DNA of 64,000 nt from Malacoraja senta (taxonomy: Eukaryota): positions 186,001 through 250,000 of the forward strand of contig JAXLNO010000362.1 in NCBI GenBank assembly GCA_038087875.1. Reading direction: 5' to 3'. Positions 25,658-37,525 of this stretch are shown in pieces. The translations under genes were made by a program, and so were the position numbers. How positions within the stretch are numbered: position 1 is the first letter of the stretch; each line of letters begins with the position of its first letter. Below the pieces are notes generated by a model. The model was not told the DNA's origin, ran no database searches, and saw nothing but the letters and a program-made list of their open reading frames with translations.

Positions 25658-27263
25658 CAGTGGCTTGACCACTTGAACTTTTCCACATTTTGTCACGTCA
25701 CAACCACAAATGTAAATGTATTTTATTGGGATTTTATGTGATAGACCAACACAAAGTGGCACATAATTGTGAAGTGGAAGGAAAATGATACATGGTTTTC
25801 AAATTTTTTTACAAATAAAAAACTGAAAAGTGTTGCGTGCAAAAGTATTCAGCCCCCTTTACTCTGATACCCCTAAATAAAACCCAGTGCAACCAATTGC
25901 CTTCAGAAGTCACCTAATTAGTAAATAGTGTCCACTTGTGTGTAATCTAATCTAATCTCAGTATAAATACAGCTGTTCTGTGAAGGCCTCAGAGGTTTGT
26001 TAGAGAACATTAGTGAACAAACAGCATCACGAAGCCCAAGGAACACACTAGACAGGTCAGGGATAAAGTTGTGGAGAAGTTTAAAGCAGGGTTAGGTTAT
26101 AAAAAAATATCCCAAGCTTTGAACATCTCACAGAGCACTGTTCAATCCATCATCCGAAAATGGAAAGAATATGGCACAACTGCAAACCTACCAAGACATG
26201 GCCGTCCACCTAAACTGACAGGCCGGGCAAGGAGAATATTGATCAGAGAAGCACCCAAGAGGCCCATGGTAACTCTGGAGGAGCTGCAGAGATCCACAGC
26301 TCAGGTGGGTGAATCTGTCCACAGGACAACTATTAGTCGTGCACTCCACAAATCGGGCCTTTATGGAAGAGTGGCAAGAAGAAAGCCATGGTTGAAAAAA
26401 AGCCATAAGAAGTCCCGTTTGTTGTTTGCCACAAGCCATGTGGGGGACACAGCAAACATGTGGAGGAAGGTGCTCTGGTCAGATGAGACCAAAATTGAAG
26501 TTTTTGGCCTAAATGCAAAACGCTATGTGTGGCGGAAAACTAACACTGCACATCACCCTGAACACACCATCCCCACTGTGAAACATGGTGGTGGCAGCAT
26601 CATGCTGTGGGGATGCTTTTCTTCAGCAGGGACAGGGAAGCTGGTCAGAGTTGATGGGAAGATGGATGGAGCCAAATACAGGACAATCTTGGAAGAAAAC
26701 CTGTTAGAGTCTGCAAAAGACTTGAGACTGGGGCGGAGGTTCGCCTTCCAGCAGGACAACGACCTTAAACATACAGCCAGAGCTACAATGGAATGGTTTA
26801 GATCAAAGCATATTCATGTGTGAGAATGGCCCAGTCAAAGTCCAGACCTAAATCCAATTGAGAATCTCTGGCAAGACTTGAAAATTGCTGTTCACAGATG
26901 CTCTCCATCCAATCTGACTGAGCTTGAGCTATTTTGCAAAGAAGAATGGGCAAAAATTCCAGTCTCTAGATGTGCAAAGCTGGTAGAGACATACCACAAA
27001 AGACTTGCAGCTGTAATTGCAGTGAAAGGTGGTTCTACAAAGTATTGACTCAGGGGGGCTGAATACTTTTGCACGCGACACTTTTCAGTTTTTTATTTGT
27101 AAAAAAATTTCAAAACCATGTATCGTTTTCCTTCCACTTCACAATTATGCACCACTTTGTGTTGGTCTATCACATAAAATCCCAATAAAATACATTTACG
27201 TTTGTGGTAACGTGACAAAATGTGGAAAAGTTCAAGAGGTATGAAAACTTTTGCAAGCCACCG
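25658..27263 (+). mobile_element. Tc1-family DNA transposon (Passport-like, DD34E), full length, TA target-site duplication
   Basis: ~200-bp TIRs (CAGTGGCTTG... / ...CAAGCCACCG), TA on both sides, splits the CR1 ORF1 VVVHI|GTND. Confidence 0.95.
26029..27048 (+). pseudogene. Tc1 transposase, 340 codons, ATG>ACG start and one nonsense codon (26821-26823)
   Basis: GRPPKL, WSDETK, QQDND-x34-E (SPDLNPIE), ends GGSTKY*; no frameshift. Confidence 0.92.
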
Positions 27264-28315
27264 TATATGTACCACGACATCAGGCTCCTCTCCCTCCCAT
27301 TTCAGGATATATTGGACGCGTTTAGACACATCCCAGACCCTGGCACCAGGGAGGCAAACTACCATCCAGGTCTGCTGACTGCGTCCACAGAATCGCCTGT
27401 CTGACCCCCTAACTATAGAGTCCCCTATTTCTACTGCCCTCCTCTTCTTTTCCTTACCCTTCTGAGCAACAGGGCCGGTCTCTATACCGGAGGCCCGGCC
27501 GCTGTCGCTACCCCCAGGTAGGCTGTCACCCCCAACAGTACTCAAACTGGAGTACTTATTGCCAAGGTGTACAGTCACCGGGGTACTCACTAGTCCCTGC
27601 CTCTGCCCCTTGCCCCTCCTAACCGTGACCTACTTGCCTGCCTCCCGTGGTCTTGGAGTGACCACCTCTCTGTAACTCCTCTCTATGAGCTCCACGCTCT
27701 GGACATGCTAGAGGCATTGGACATGCTAGAGGCAAGAAACATGTTCCCAATGTTGGGGGAGTCCAGAACCAGGGACCACAGTTTAAGAATAAGGGGTAGG
27801 CCACGTAGAACGGAGATGAGGAAAAACCTTTTCACCCAGCGAGTTGTGAATCTGGAATTCTCTGCCTCAGGAGGCAGTGGAGGGCAATTCTCTGGATATT
27901 TTCAATAGAGAGTTAGATAGAGCTCTTAAAGATAGCGGAGTCAAGGGATATGGGGAGAAGGCAGGAATGGGGTACTGATTGTGGATGATCAGCCACGATG
28001 ACAGTGAATGGCGGTGCTGGCTCGAAGGGCCGAATGGCCTACTCCTGCACCTATTGTCTATTGTCCCTTGTCTATTGACTATAAACACATACCTAGTGTG
28101 AACGGGTCATGGATGGTCATCGCGGACTGGGTGGGCAGAAGGGCCTGTTTCCACGTTGTATCTCTAAACTAAACTAAACTGACCCATTGAGTTACTCCAG
28201 CTTTTTGTGTTCATCTTTGGTTTAAACCAGCATCTGTGGTTCCTTGCTCAACTAAATTCACCCTCTCAACTTTAAACCCTCGTGATAACAGACCTTTTTA
28301 TGACAGATTGTCGAG

Positions 28316-30157
28316 TGTCCAACCGTTATGTACAAACGCTGTATTTATTAAGACATTACAGGTTTGGCATACACACGTGTTTGGTACACTCTGACACAAA
28401 GTCATTGTTGCTGCTGCCGAGCGAGGTTGTTAACATGCGATCTCGAGTTACGTTTCTGCTGTTGTAGGACCCACCCCTTAACTGATGAAGTTCTCCTCCT
28501 GCCAAAAGCAGTCACATGACTGTTCCAGTTGTGGTGACGAGGGTTCGATCAGTAAGTGGCTTGACCACCAGGTGGCACCACATGACTCCAGAACCAGAGG
28601 AATGAAAACGAGCAGGCAGACGAAACGCGACGGCCTGAACTTGTAAACACAACACGCGCGCTCGGAAACACAACCGGCAAAGATGAGAGCGGAAGCGGGC
28701 GGAACGCAGACAGTCCCGACGGCGTCGCTGGGTCTCCTGTACGGGCTGACCAATATCCTAAATGAGTGGGCTGAAGACGAGCCACCCATGTCGAGCACAA
28801 AAGTCACATTAGGTAGACGCGCAGGCAGTACTTGAGGGCAGAAGCGGGCGGAACAGTGAAACAGAAAAGAGCGAGCCCACCTTCATCCGGAAGGTGCACC
28901 AGCATGGTTGAGGGCGGCTCCTGCTGTGGGTCAAGACTGTGGGGTCCGCGGGCACAGTCGGCACTTTGGCTGTGGGCCCTCCCGGCCGTGGGATGCAAGG
29001 AGACCAAAGCAAACCTGCAGAAGGGGTGAGACGCTGTCCCTTCTCATCGACCAACTGGTTGTGTGCCAAGGAAAAAAAAATCATCGCCCAGCAGTGGCTG
29101 TGAGACGTCAGCAATAACGAAAGAACAAGGAAAAGCAACAGGAGTCGAAAATGCAAAAAATCTGTGCAAACACCGGATGTCCGGATGGGATGCAGTTGAC
29201 GGAGGTCAGAGCAAGGCCCGGCAGCCCAGAACGAGCGTCGACCCCCCCAGACGGGGCAAAATGATCACCGCTGTTCCTGTGTCAACAAAGGAAAGCCTCT
29301 TGGAAACCGGTCTCCCAACAGAGAGGCAATGGTGCTGGCCGGCCGCAGCAGCCATTGCTGGTGGTTGGCCTCGATGGGCCTCGTAACTCCACCGCTGGAG
29401 ATAGGAGCACCACATACCTTCGCTAGGTTCATTCAAGACAGGCTGCACTGTCACACCCTCAGTGGAGACAGGAACTGGCGGCCGTGGGCCAGGACCGGGA
29501 GGAGCTCTATCTGTGGCCCGTCCCGGCCGTGGGCTGTAGAATCTGTCGTGGTACCGCCAACACAGGACTGACCGAGGCTCCACCCTGCTGCTGGGCCGGC
29601 CACAGCTCGACCGTACGGGCAGCCATCGGCCGGGGATTATCAAAATCCGCACCGGCGAGGAGCAGGCAGACGTAATCGGGCATCTTCCCCAGGTAAACAT
29701 GCACGAACAGAAGGCAGGCCGGAGATCGTCAATCAAGGCCTGGATCGCGCCCATTGACCTGGATGGCCTGCGATCGCCGAGACCAATCATAGACAAGAGT
29801 CGAGCGGCCCGATCACAGCGGCGGAGCCCAAAGTTACGTTACAGGAGCACGTTGAGGCTGTCACCGGCGGCATCATGCTGCAGCTCGGAGTAGTTGGCTG
29901 TATCCATAACGGAAAATACAAAATACCATTTCGGATCGTCTGGGTCACAAAATGTCCAAACGTGTGCACAAACGTTTTTATTAAGACATTACAGGTTTGG
30001 CAAACACACGTGTCATTGTTGTTGCTGTCGAGCGAGGTTGTTGACTCGTGATCTCGAGCTAAGTTTCTGCTGTTGTTGTAGGACACACCCCTTAACTGAT
30101 GATCTTCTCTTCCCGCTAAACGATCAGTAAGTGGCTTGACCACCAGGTGGCGCCACA
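28316..30157 (-). mobile_element. Internally deleted Gypsy LTR retrotransposon (CsRn1-like); LTRs at 29953-30157 and ~28316-28582
   Basis: Direct repeats starting TGTGG on the minus strand; PBS-like ttttgtgacccagacg; gag GLGDRRPS...MPDYVCLLLAGADFDNPR; protease FVDTGT; integrase-tail TFVLDMGG. Confidence 0.85.
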
Positions 30158-30468
30158 GATTTTGTTTCTGTCGGACAGATCTGCCGACTAATGTCGATGC
30201 TTATGCACCGCCTCCTTACTGCCTCTCGGTCTGGTATGAATATTGATTTCTCTAACTTCAAGTAACCCCTGCATTCCCTCTCTCTCCATCTCTCTCCCAC
30301 CCGAGTCGCACCAGCTTCTCGTTCTCACCTAGTAAACTGCCAACAATGACTTGTTTCCTTTACCATTGTTACTATATTTGCATATCTTTCATTCATTTGT
30401 TTTATATCTCTCTACATCACCGTCCATATCTCTCGTTTCCCTCTCCCCTGACTCTCAGTCTGAAGAAG

Positions 30469-31509
30469 TAGGTATGTTACAAAACTTACCTTCAGTCGCG
30501 CTGTAATTCTGCCACTGGCCGTGTGCTCGATTTTGGCGCATTTAAGGGGGGGCGGGGTTAAAACGCGGGTTTCTCCTCCCTTGTCCTGGTTAATATTTCG
30601 TTGGAGTACAAGCGTTTGCTGACAAATCGTTCCTAGCGGCCTTTTGTGTATTTTTTATTTTTATTAAATCGTCAATGTCAGCGCTAGAGTAACTTTAAAA
30701 GCAGCTCCTGAAGCGTCAACGCCGATAACGGGGACGGATTTCACACACGGGACAGGTAAACGAAAGTGGTTTCTTTAAATGTATAAAAGTGCTTCTTAAG
30801 AAGCCTTTAATTGACAATTTATCATGCGACACGGTGATTTTATTCCCCAAACTAACGGCAGTATTTTTCATGCCAACACGGGGTTACATTCACCGCAAAT
30901 GAACGTCCCAAAAGATCGCGTTCCAGAAATCCTCACTCACAAGATGATTTAAATGCCCATTAATTTACAGGTATTAAACATTCAATTCCTTCCATTTGGC
31001 CTGTAAATTCATGAAAATTAGATTTAAAAATTATGTTATATTGTGAATTATTGTGTGAATGTTATTTGGACACTTAGGCTATTTAAAAATGTTAATCTAT
31101 TCTTAAGAAATTGATAGATGTTTAAATCTAGTAATTGATTTTTGTAATTAGCTACAATTAGGTAACTAACTAATTATATGCTTTACTCTCATGTCTTGTA
31201 AGTAAGATTGTTTCATATTTGTTTCAGAATGCTTCAATCTATAATAACTGAACATTTCTTTCAGTTATCTTAATTTTTAAGAAAGTTATGGGCTTTTAAC
31301 TGTCCTCGATCACAGCTTTTGTGTTAAGTCAATGGAAAAACAATAGGGTACTAGATGCTAATTTCCGAGTATGAAAATGGCCATAACTTCTTTAATACTG
31401 AAGATATGAAAGTGAATTAGGTGTCAAATTAAACTTCTTTTTATGCTTTATCTGATGGGATAAAATGCAGACTTTATTTTTTAAATCTCAAAATTTTGTA
31501 ACATTGCTA
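30469..31509. mobile_element. Non-autonomous DNA transposon, 16-bp imperfect TIRs, 6-7-bp target-site duplication
   Basis: Left TAGGTATGTTACAAAA; right end revcomp TAGCAATGTTACAAAA; flanks gaagaag / aaagaag; removing it restores a Penelope-type repeat motif. Confidence 0.88.
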
Positions 31510-31769
31510 AAAGAAGGGCCTCGACCCGAAACGTCACCCATTCCTTCTCTACAGAGATGCTGCCCGTCCCGCTGAGTTACTCCAGCACTTTGTTTCCTCA
31601 ATGAATAAAGGGGAACTTAGAGGTGAGGGTGCAAATGAATACATTTCCCTTAATTCTGTGAAAGAACATTTTCATTTTTAGCACTAAATTTCCTGTTACA
31701 ACTTCTGTCTACTTCCTCATATATTAAGAAGTCGTTGGGCCTCTCGAGTCTCTGCCACATGATATGTTA

Positions 31770-33150
31770 TAGTGATAACAGTAGTAAAGAGAGCAAACTC
31801 AATGCTAGCATTTATTTCAAGAGGGTTTTTATACAAAAACAGGGATATAATGTTGAGGCTCCATAAGGCGCTGATGAGGCCGCATTTGGAATATTGGGAG
31901 CGATTATGGGCACCGTCTCTGAGAAAGGATGTGCTGACTCTGGAGAGGGTCCAGAGGAGGTTTACAAGAATGATCCCAGGAATCAGGAGGTTAACCTATG
32001 ATCAGCGTTTGTTGGCACTGGGCGTGTACTCGCTGGAGTTGAGAAGAATGAAGGAGGACCTCATTGAAACATACAGAATAGTGAAAGGCTTGGATAGAGT
32101 GGATGTGGAGAGGATGTTTCCACACCTGAGTCTAGGAGTAGAGGTCACAGCCTCAGAATTAAAAGACATTCTTCTATTCCTGATGACCTTATGATAGGAG
32201 CCGAATTAAGCCATTCGGCCCATCAAGTCTACTGCGACATTCAATCATGGCTGGTCTATCTTTCCCTCCCAACCCATTCTCCTGCCTTCTCCCCATAACC
32301 CCTGACAGCCGTACTAATCAAGAATATCTGGTGTATTTTGTACCTTAAAAAATATTCATTGACGGCCTCCACAGCCTTCTGTGGCAAAGAATTCCACATT
32401 CACCATCATCTGACTTAAGAAATTCCTTCTTATCACCTTCCCAAAAGAACATCCTCCAATTCTGGGGCTGTGACCTCTGTACTTAGATTCTCCCACCTAG
32501 TCTAATCATCTGCCCCCCTCACCTGTATCCACCTATCACTTGCCGGGCTTTGACCCATTCACACCTGCTCACACAGTTCGCACAGTTTAGAAGTTGGGAG
32601 GTCATGTTGCAGTTGTGTAAGACGTTGGTGAAGCCGCATTTAGAATATGTGCGTTCAGTTCTGGGCACCGTGTGATAGGAAAGATGTTTTCAGCTGGAAA
32701 GGGTATGGGGAAGATTTATGAGGATGTTGCCAGGAATGGGTAGGCTGCGATACTATTCCTTGCACGCATGAAGATGATGGGTGATCTTATGGAGGGGCAT
32801 AAAATCATGAGAGGAATAGATCGGGTAGACACACAGAGTCTCTTGCCCAGAGTAGGTGAATCGAGGACCAAAAGACATAGGTTTAAGGTGAGAGGGGGAA
32901 AAAGTTAATTGGAATCTGAGGGGTAACTTTTTCACAAAGGGTGGTTGGTGCATGGAACAAGCTGCCAGAGGAGGTAGTTGAGGCATTGGCTATCCCAATT
33001 TTTAAGAAACAGGCAGATACATGGGTAGGACAGGTTTGGAGGGATATGGACCAAACGTGGGCAGGTGAGACTAGTGTAGCTGTGACATGTTTGCAGGTGT
33101 GGGCAAGATGAGCCGAAGGGCCTGTTTGCACTTGGTATCACTCTGACTAT
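31770..33150. mobile_element. Cluster of CR1 3' fragments in both orientations
   Basis: RPHLEYW, LERVQRRFTRMIPG and CR1 3' UTR pieces. Confidence 0.8.
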
Positions 33151-34307
33151 GACCTTGCTTTTCCACTTTTCTACTCTCCTCCTTCAGTCTGGACTCAATC
33201 TGAAATGTCATTTGTGGAAACAAGGAACTGGTGATACTATTCCACTCCCTCCGCAGATCTGCTGAGTTCCTCCAGCACTTTGCTTTCTTGATTAATAAAG
33301 GGACTGTTCTGCACCCTCAGCTTTGGGAAACTGTTTGATACATTTTCCCTTCTGTAAAAAGGACATTTTCATTTTTCGCAGTAAGTTTCCTGTTACTACA
33401 TCTGTCCACTGCCTCGTGAAGCACAAGGTTGTTGGGCCTCTCAAGTCTCTGCCACTTCACTGATTCCATGACTCTTACTCATACACTAGGAATAACTTAT
33501 GGGGGGCAAATTAAGGTCAGAGGGGGAAAGCTGAAAGAGGTGGCATGGTGACGCAGCGGTATAGTTGCTGCCTCACAGCTCCAGAGACCTGGGTTCGCTC
33601 CGGACTACATGCGCTGTCTGTACGGAGTTTGCACGTTCTTCCCGTCACCTGCGTGGATTTTCTCCGAGATCTTCGGTTTCCTCCCACATCCCAAAGACGG
33701 GTTTTTAGGTTAATTGGCTTGGTTTCAATGTAGAATTGTCCCTAGTGTGTATCGAATGGTGTTACTCTGCAGGGATCGCTGGTTGGCACAGACTTGATGG
33801 GCCGAAGGACCTGTTTCCACGCTGTATCTCTAAACTAAACATAGAACTGGTGTGTGAACGGGTGATCGATGGTCGGCGCGGACACGGTGGGCCGAGGGGC
33901 CTGTTTCCATGCTGTATCTCTAAACTTAACGAGATCTAAAATGTGTGGGGATTGTTTTTTACCCAGAGAGTGGTGGTGCCTAGGGGTGATGGTCGACGCA
34001 GCGGTGATAGTGGTGTTTTGGTGGCCTTTAGATAGGAACATGGACATGCAGGGAATGCAGAATTCCAGATTATGTACAGACAAAGGAGATTAATTTGGCA
34101 TTATGTTCGGCACGGACATTGTGGGTCGAAGGGGCTGTTCCTGTGCTGTGCTGTTCTCTGTTCTTGGTTCTGACCCTCTGCCTATTCATTATAAAACTTT
34201 GCAGAGTTAGTTGGGCAAACTTGTCTTGCACAATCCCAGACATTCTTGAATCAGTAACTCAGCGGGTCAGGCAGCATCTCTGGAGAGAAGGTATGAGTGA
34301 TGTTTCG

Positions 34308-35002
34308 GGTCAAGTCAAGTCACATTTATTTATAGAGCACATTTAAAAAACAACTCTCGTTGGCCAAAGTGCTTTACATTTGTTATAAGAATAGCACAAA
34401 CAAAACAAACTACATACATATATACATGTAGCCCTCACTCAGAGGACGTCAGGAAAGGCTTGGGAGTATAGATAAGTCTTTAGTCTTGACTTAAAAGAGT
34501 TGATGGAGGGGGCAGTTCTGATGGGAAAGGGGATGCTGTTCCACAGTCTAGGGGCTGCAACCGCAAAGGCGCGGTCGCCCCTGAGTTTATGCCTAGACCG
34601 TGGGATATTCAGCAACCCCAAGTCGGCCGATCTGAGGGGCCTGGAGGTGGAGTGGTGGATGAGAAGACTTGTTATGTAGGTGGGGGCAAGCCCATTGAGG
34701 GCTTTGTAGACATGGAGGAGGATCTTGAAGTTTATACGGAACCACACAGGGAGCCAGTGGAGAGAGGCCAGGATCGGGGTGATGTGGTCCCTTTTTTGGG
34801 TGCCCGTCAGGAGTCTCCCTGCGGCGTTTTGGACCAGCTTTTACCACGGCATTGACTTGTTTGTCAAATTTCAGTGCTGAGTCAAATATCACGCCAAGGT
34901 TTTTGACGTGAGGTTTGAGTAGTCGGGTAAGGCTTCCAAGGCTGCCTGCTATCATTTTGATTGAGTCCGAGGGGCCGAGAAGGATGACCTCAGACTTACT
35001 CT
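34308..35002 (-). mobile_element. L2 LINE 3' fragment with (GACTT)n tail
   Basis: KNLGVIFDSAL, RINFKILLHVYKALNGLAP, GDRAFAVAAPRLWNS; aataaatgtgacttgacttgac on the minus strand. Confidence 0.88.
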
Positions 35003-35329
35003 CGTCGAGACCCTTCTTCTATCCAGAGATGCTGCCTTTCCAAACCAGTATCTGCAGTTCTTTCCTAAACAATTCTTGAATCAGTGCAGTCTTAACCAAA
35101 TGAGCAACGTAACCATGGCACTGTTGAACAGGAGATTGTTAGATTAAATACCTCCAATATGACAGGGAGGGGGTAGGGGCTGGTGGGGAGGACGTTACAG
35201 AGACCAGGAATAGGGTCAGAGCCTGAATAGATTTGCAGAGATAGTGAGGGACTCTTCACACAGTACAGCACTCCCTCCACTAAGTCAAAGTCACGCCCCA
35301 TCTGGGGATAAATGGGTTAACCGTTTGCT

Positions 35330-35484
35330 GATAAAGGAATACTTCCTTATTTTATTTCCATTTCCAGATGCTAATCTACCCCTCTACACATTCGTGTTCT
35401 CCACACAGTGACGGCCGCTGAGGATGAGGACACTGGCTCCCTGAGTGTTTGTCAGTCGATACTCGACCAGCGGATAGAACCCAG
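35330..35484 (+). promoter_or_regulatory. Candidate promoter and non-coding first exon of the Siglec-like gene
   Basis: Unique sequence island; ETS/PU.1-like ACTTCCTTATTT at 35341; donor CAG|GTACGT at 35484/35485. Confidence 0.35.
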
Positions 35485-35754
35485 GTACGTAATTCCGTGT
35501 CTGTTGCTCGTTCCCACGAACAACCACCAGTTCAGCTGAGTTGCGACTTTGTGCAGAGTCTGATCACTGAAATACTTTGTGTATTAAGGTAACTGCAGAT
35601 GCTGATTCACACCAAAGATAGACACAAAGCGCTGGAGTAACTCAGCGGGACAAGCAGCATCCCTGGAGAGTTTAGTTTATTGTCACGTGCACCAAGCTAC
35701 AGCGAAAAGCCTTTGTTCAATGCTAACCGATCAGCGGGAAGACAACAAATGTTT

Positions 35755-37525
35755 ACAATGGACAATAGGTGCAGGAGTAGGCCATTCGGCCCTTCGAGTC
35801 ATTCAATGTGATCATGGCTGATCATCCCCAATCAGTACCCAGTTCCGGCCTTTTCCCCATATCCCCCGACTCCGCTATTTTTAAGAGCCCTATCTAGCTC
35901 TCTCTGGAAAGCATCCAGAGAACCCGCCTCCACCGCCCTCTGAGGCAGCGAATTCCACAGACTCACCACTCTCTGTGAGAAAAAGTGATTCCTCGTCTCC
36001 ATTCTAAATGGCTTACTCCTTATTCTTAAACTGTGGCCCCTAGTTCTGGACTCACCCAACATCGGGTTTCCTGCCTCTCATCCTTCTAAACTCCAGTGTG
36101 TACAAGCCCAGCTGCTCCATTCTCTCATCATATGACAGCCCCGCCATCCCGGGAATTAATCTTGTAAACCTACGCTGCACTCCCTCAATAGCAAGAATGT
36201 CCTTCCTCAAATTAGGGGACCAAAACTGCACACAATACTCCAGGTGTGATCTCACTAGGGCTCTGTACAACTGCAGAAGGACCTCTTTGCTCCTATATTT
36301 GATTCCTCTTGTTCTAAAGGCCAACATGTCATTCGCTTTCTTCACTGCTTGCTGTACCTGCATGCTGACTTTCATAGACTGATGTACAAGGACCCCAGAT
36401 CCCGTTGTACTTCCACTTTTCCCAACTTGACGCCATTTAGATAGTAATCTGCCTTCCTGTTTTTGCTACCAAAGTGGATAACCTCACATTTATCCGCATT
36501 AAACTTCATCTGCCCACTACCCCAACCTGTCTAAGTCACCCTGCATTCTCATAGCATCCTCCCCACAGTTCACACTGTCACCCAGCTTTGTGTCATCTGC
36601 AAATTTGCCAATGTTACTTTGAATCCCTTCATCCAAATCATTGCTGTATATTGTACAGCACCGAGCCTTGCGGTACCCCACTAGTCACTTCCTGCCATTC
36701 TGAAAGGGACCCATTAATCCTTACTCTTTGTTTCCTGTCTGCCAACCACTTCTCTATCCAAATGAGCACTCGACCCCCAATACCATGTGCCCTAATTTTG
36801 CCCACTAATCTCCTGTGGGACTTTATCAAATGTTTTCTGAAAGTCCAGGTACACTACATCCACTGGCTCTCCCTTGTCCATTTTCTAAGTTACATCTTCA
36901 AAAAATTCCAGAAGATTAGACAAGCATGATTTCCCCTTTGTAAATCCATGCTGACTCGGACAGATCCTGTTACTGCTATCCAAATGTTAGGCTATCTCAT
37001 CTTTTATAATTGACTCCAGCATCTTCCCCACCACCGATGTCAGGCTATCTGGTCTATAATTCCCTGTTTTCTCTCTCCCACCTTTCTTAAAAAGTGGGAT
37101 AACATTAGCCACCTTCCAATCCACAGTAACTGATCCTGAGTCTATAGAACATTGGATAATTATCACCAATGCATCCACGATTTCTAGAGCCACTTTCTTA
37201 AGTACCCTGGGATGCAGACCATCAGGCCCTGGGGATTTATCAGCCTTCAGTCCCATCAGTCTATCCAACATCATTTCCTGCATAATGTGGATTTCCTTCA
37301 GTTCCTCCGTCACCCCAGATCCTCTGGCCACTACTATATCAGGAAGATTGTTTGTGTCCTCCTTAGTGAAGACAGATCCAAAGTACCTATTCAACTCATT
37401 TGCCATTTCCTTGTTACCCATAATAAATTCACCTTTTTCAGTCTTCAATGGTCCAACTTTGGTCTTAACTAATTTTTGCCTTTTCACATACCTAAAGAAG
37501 CTTTTACTATCCTGCTTTATATTCT
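35755..37525 (-). mobile_element. CR1 LINE, 5'-truncated and decayed
   Basis: KSPGPDGLHPRVLK, GNYRP, GVPQGSVL, RSHLEYCVQFWSP. Confidence 0.88.

Larger units (their letters stand above)
22162..27700 (-). mobile_element. Near full-length CR1 LINE (esterase-type ORF1 plus EN/RT ORF2), decayed, interrupted by Tc1
   Basis: ORF1 IGDSIVRG...GTNDIGRK (SGNH-like); ORF2 YLNARSIRNK, GDFN, SDH, YLDFQKAFDKV, PQGSV, KFADDT; (TTCTATGT) tail at ~22162-22176. Confidence 0.92.
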
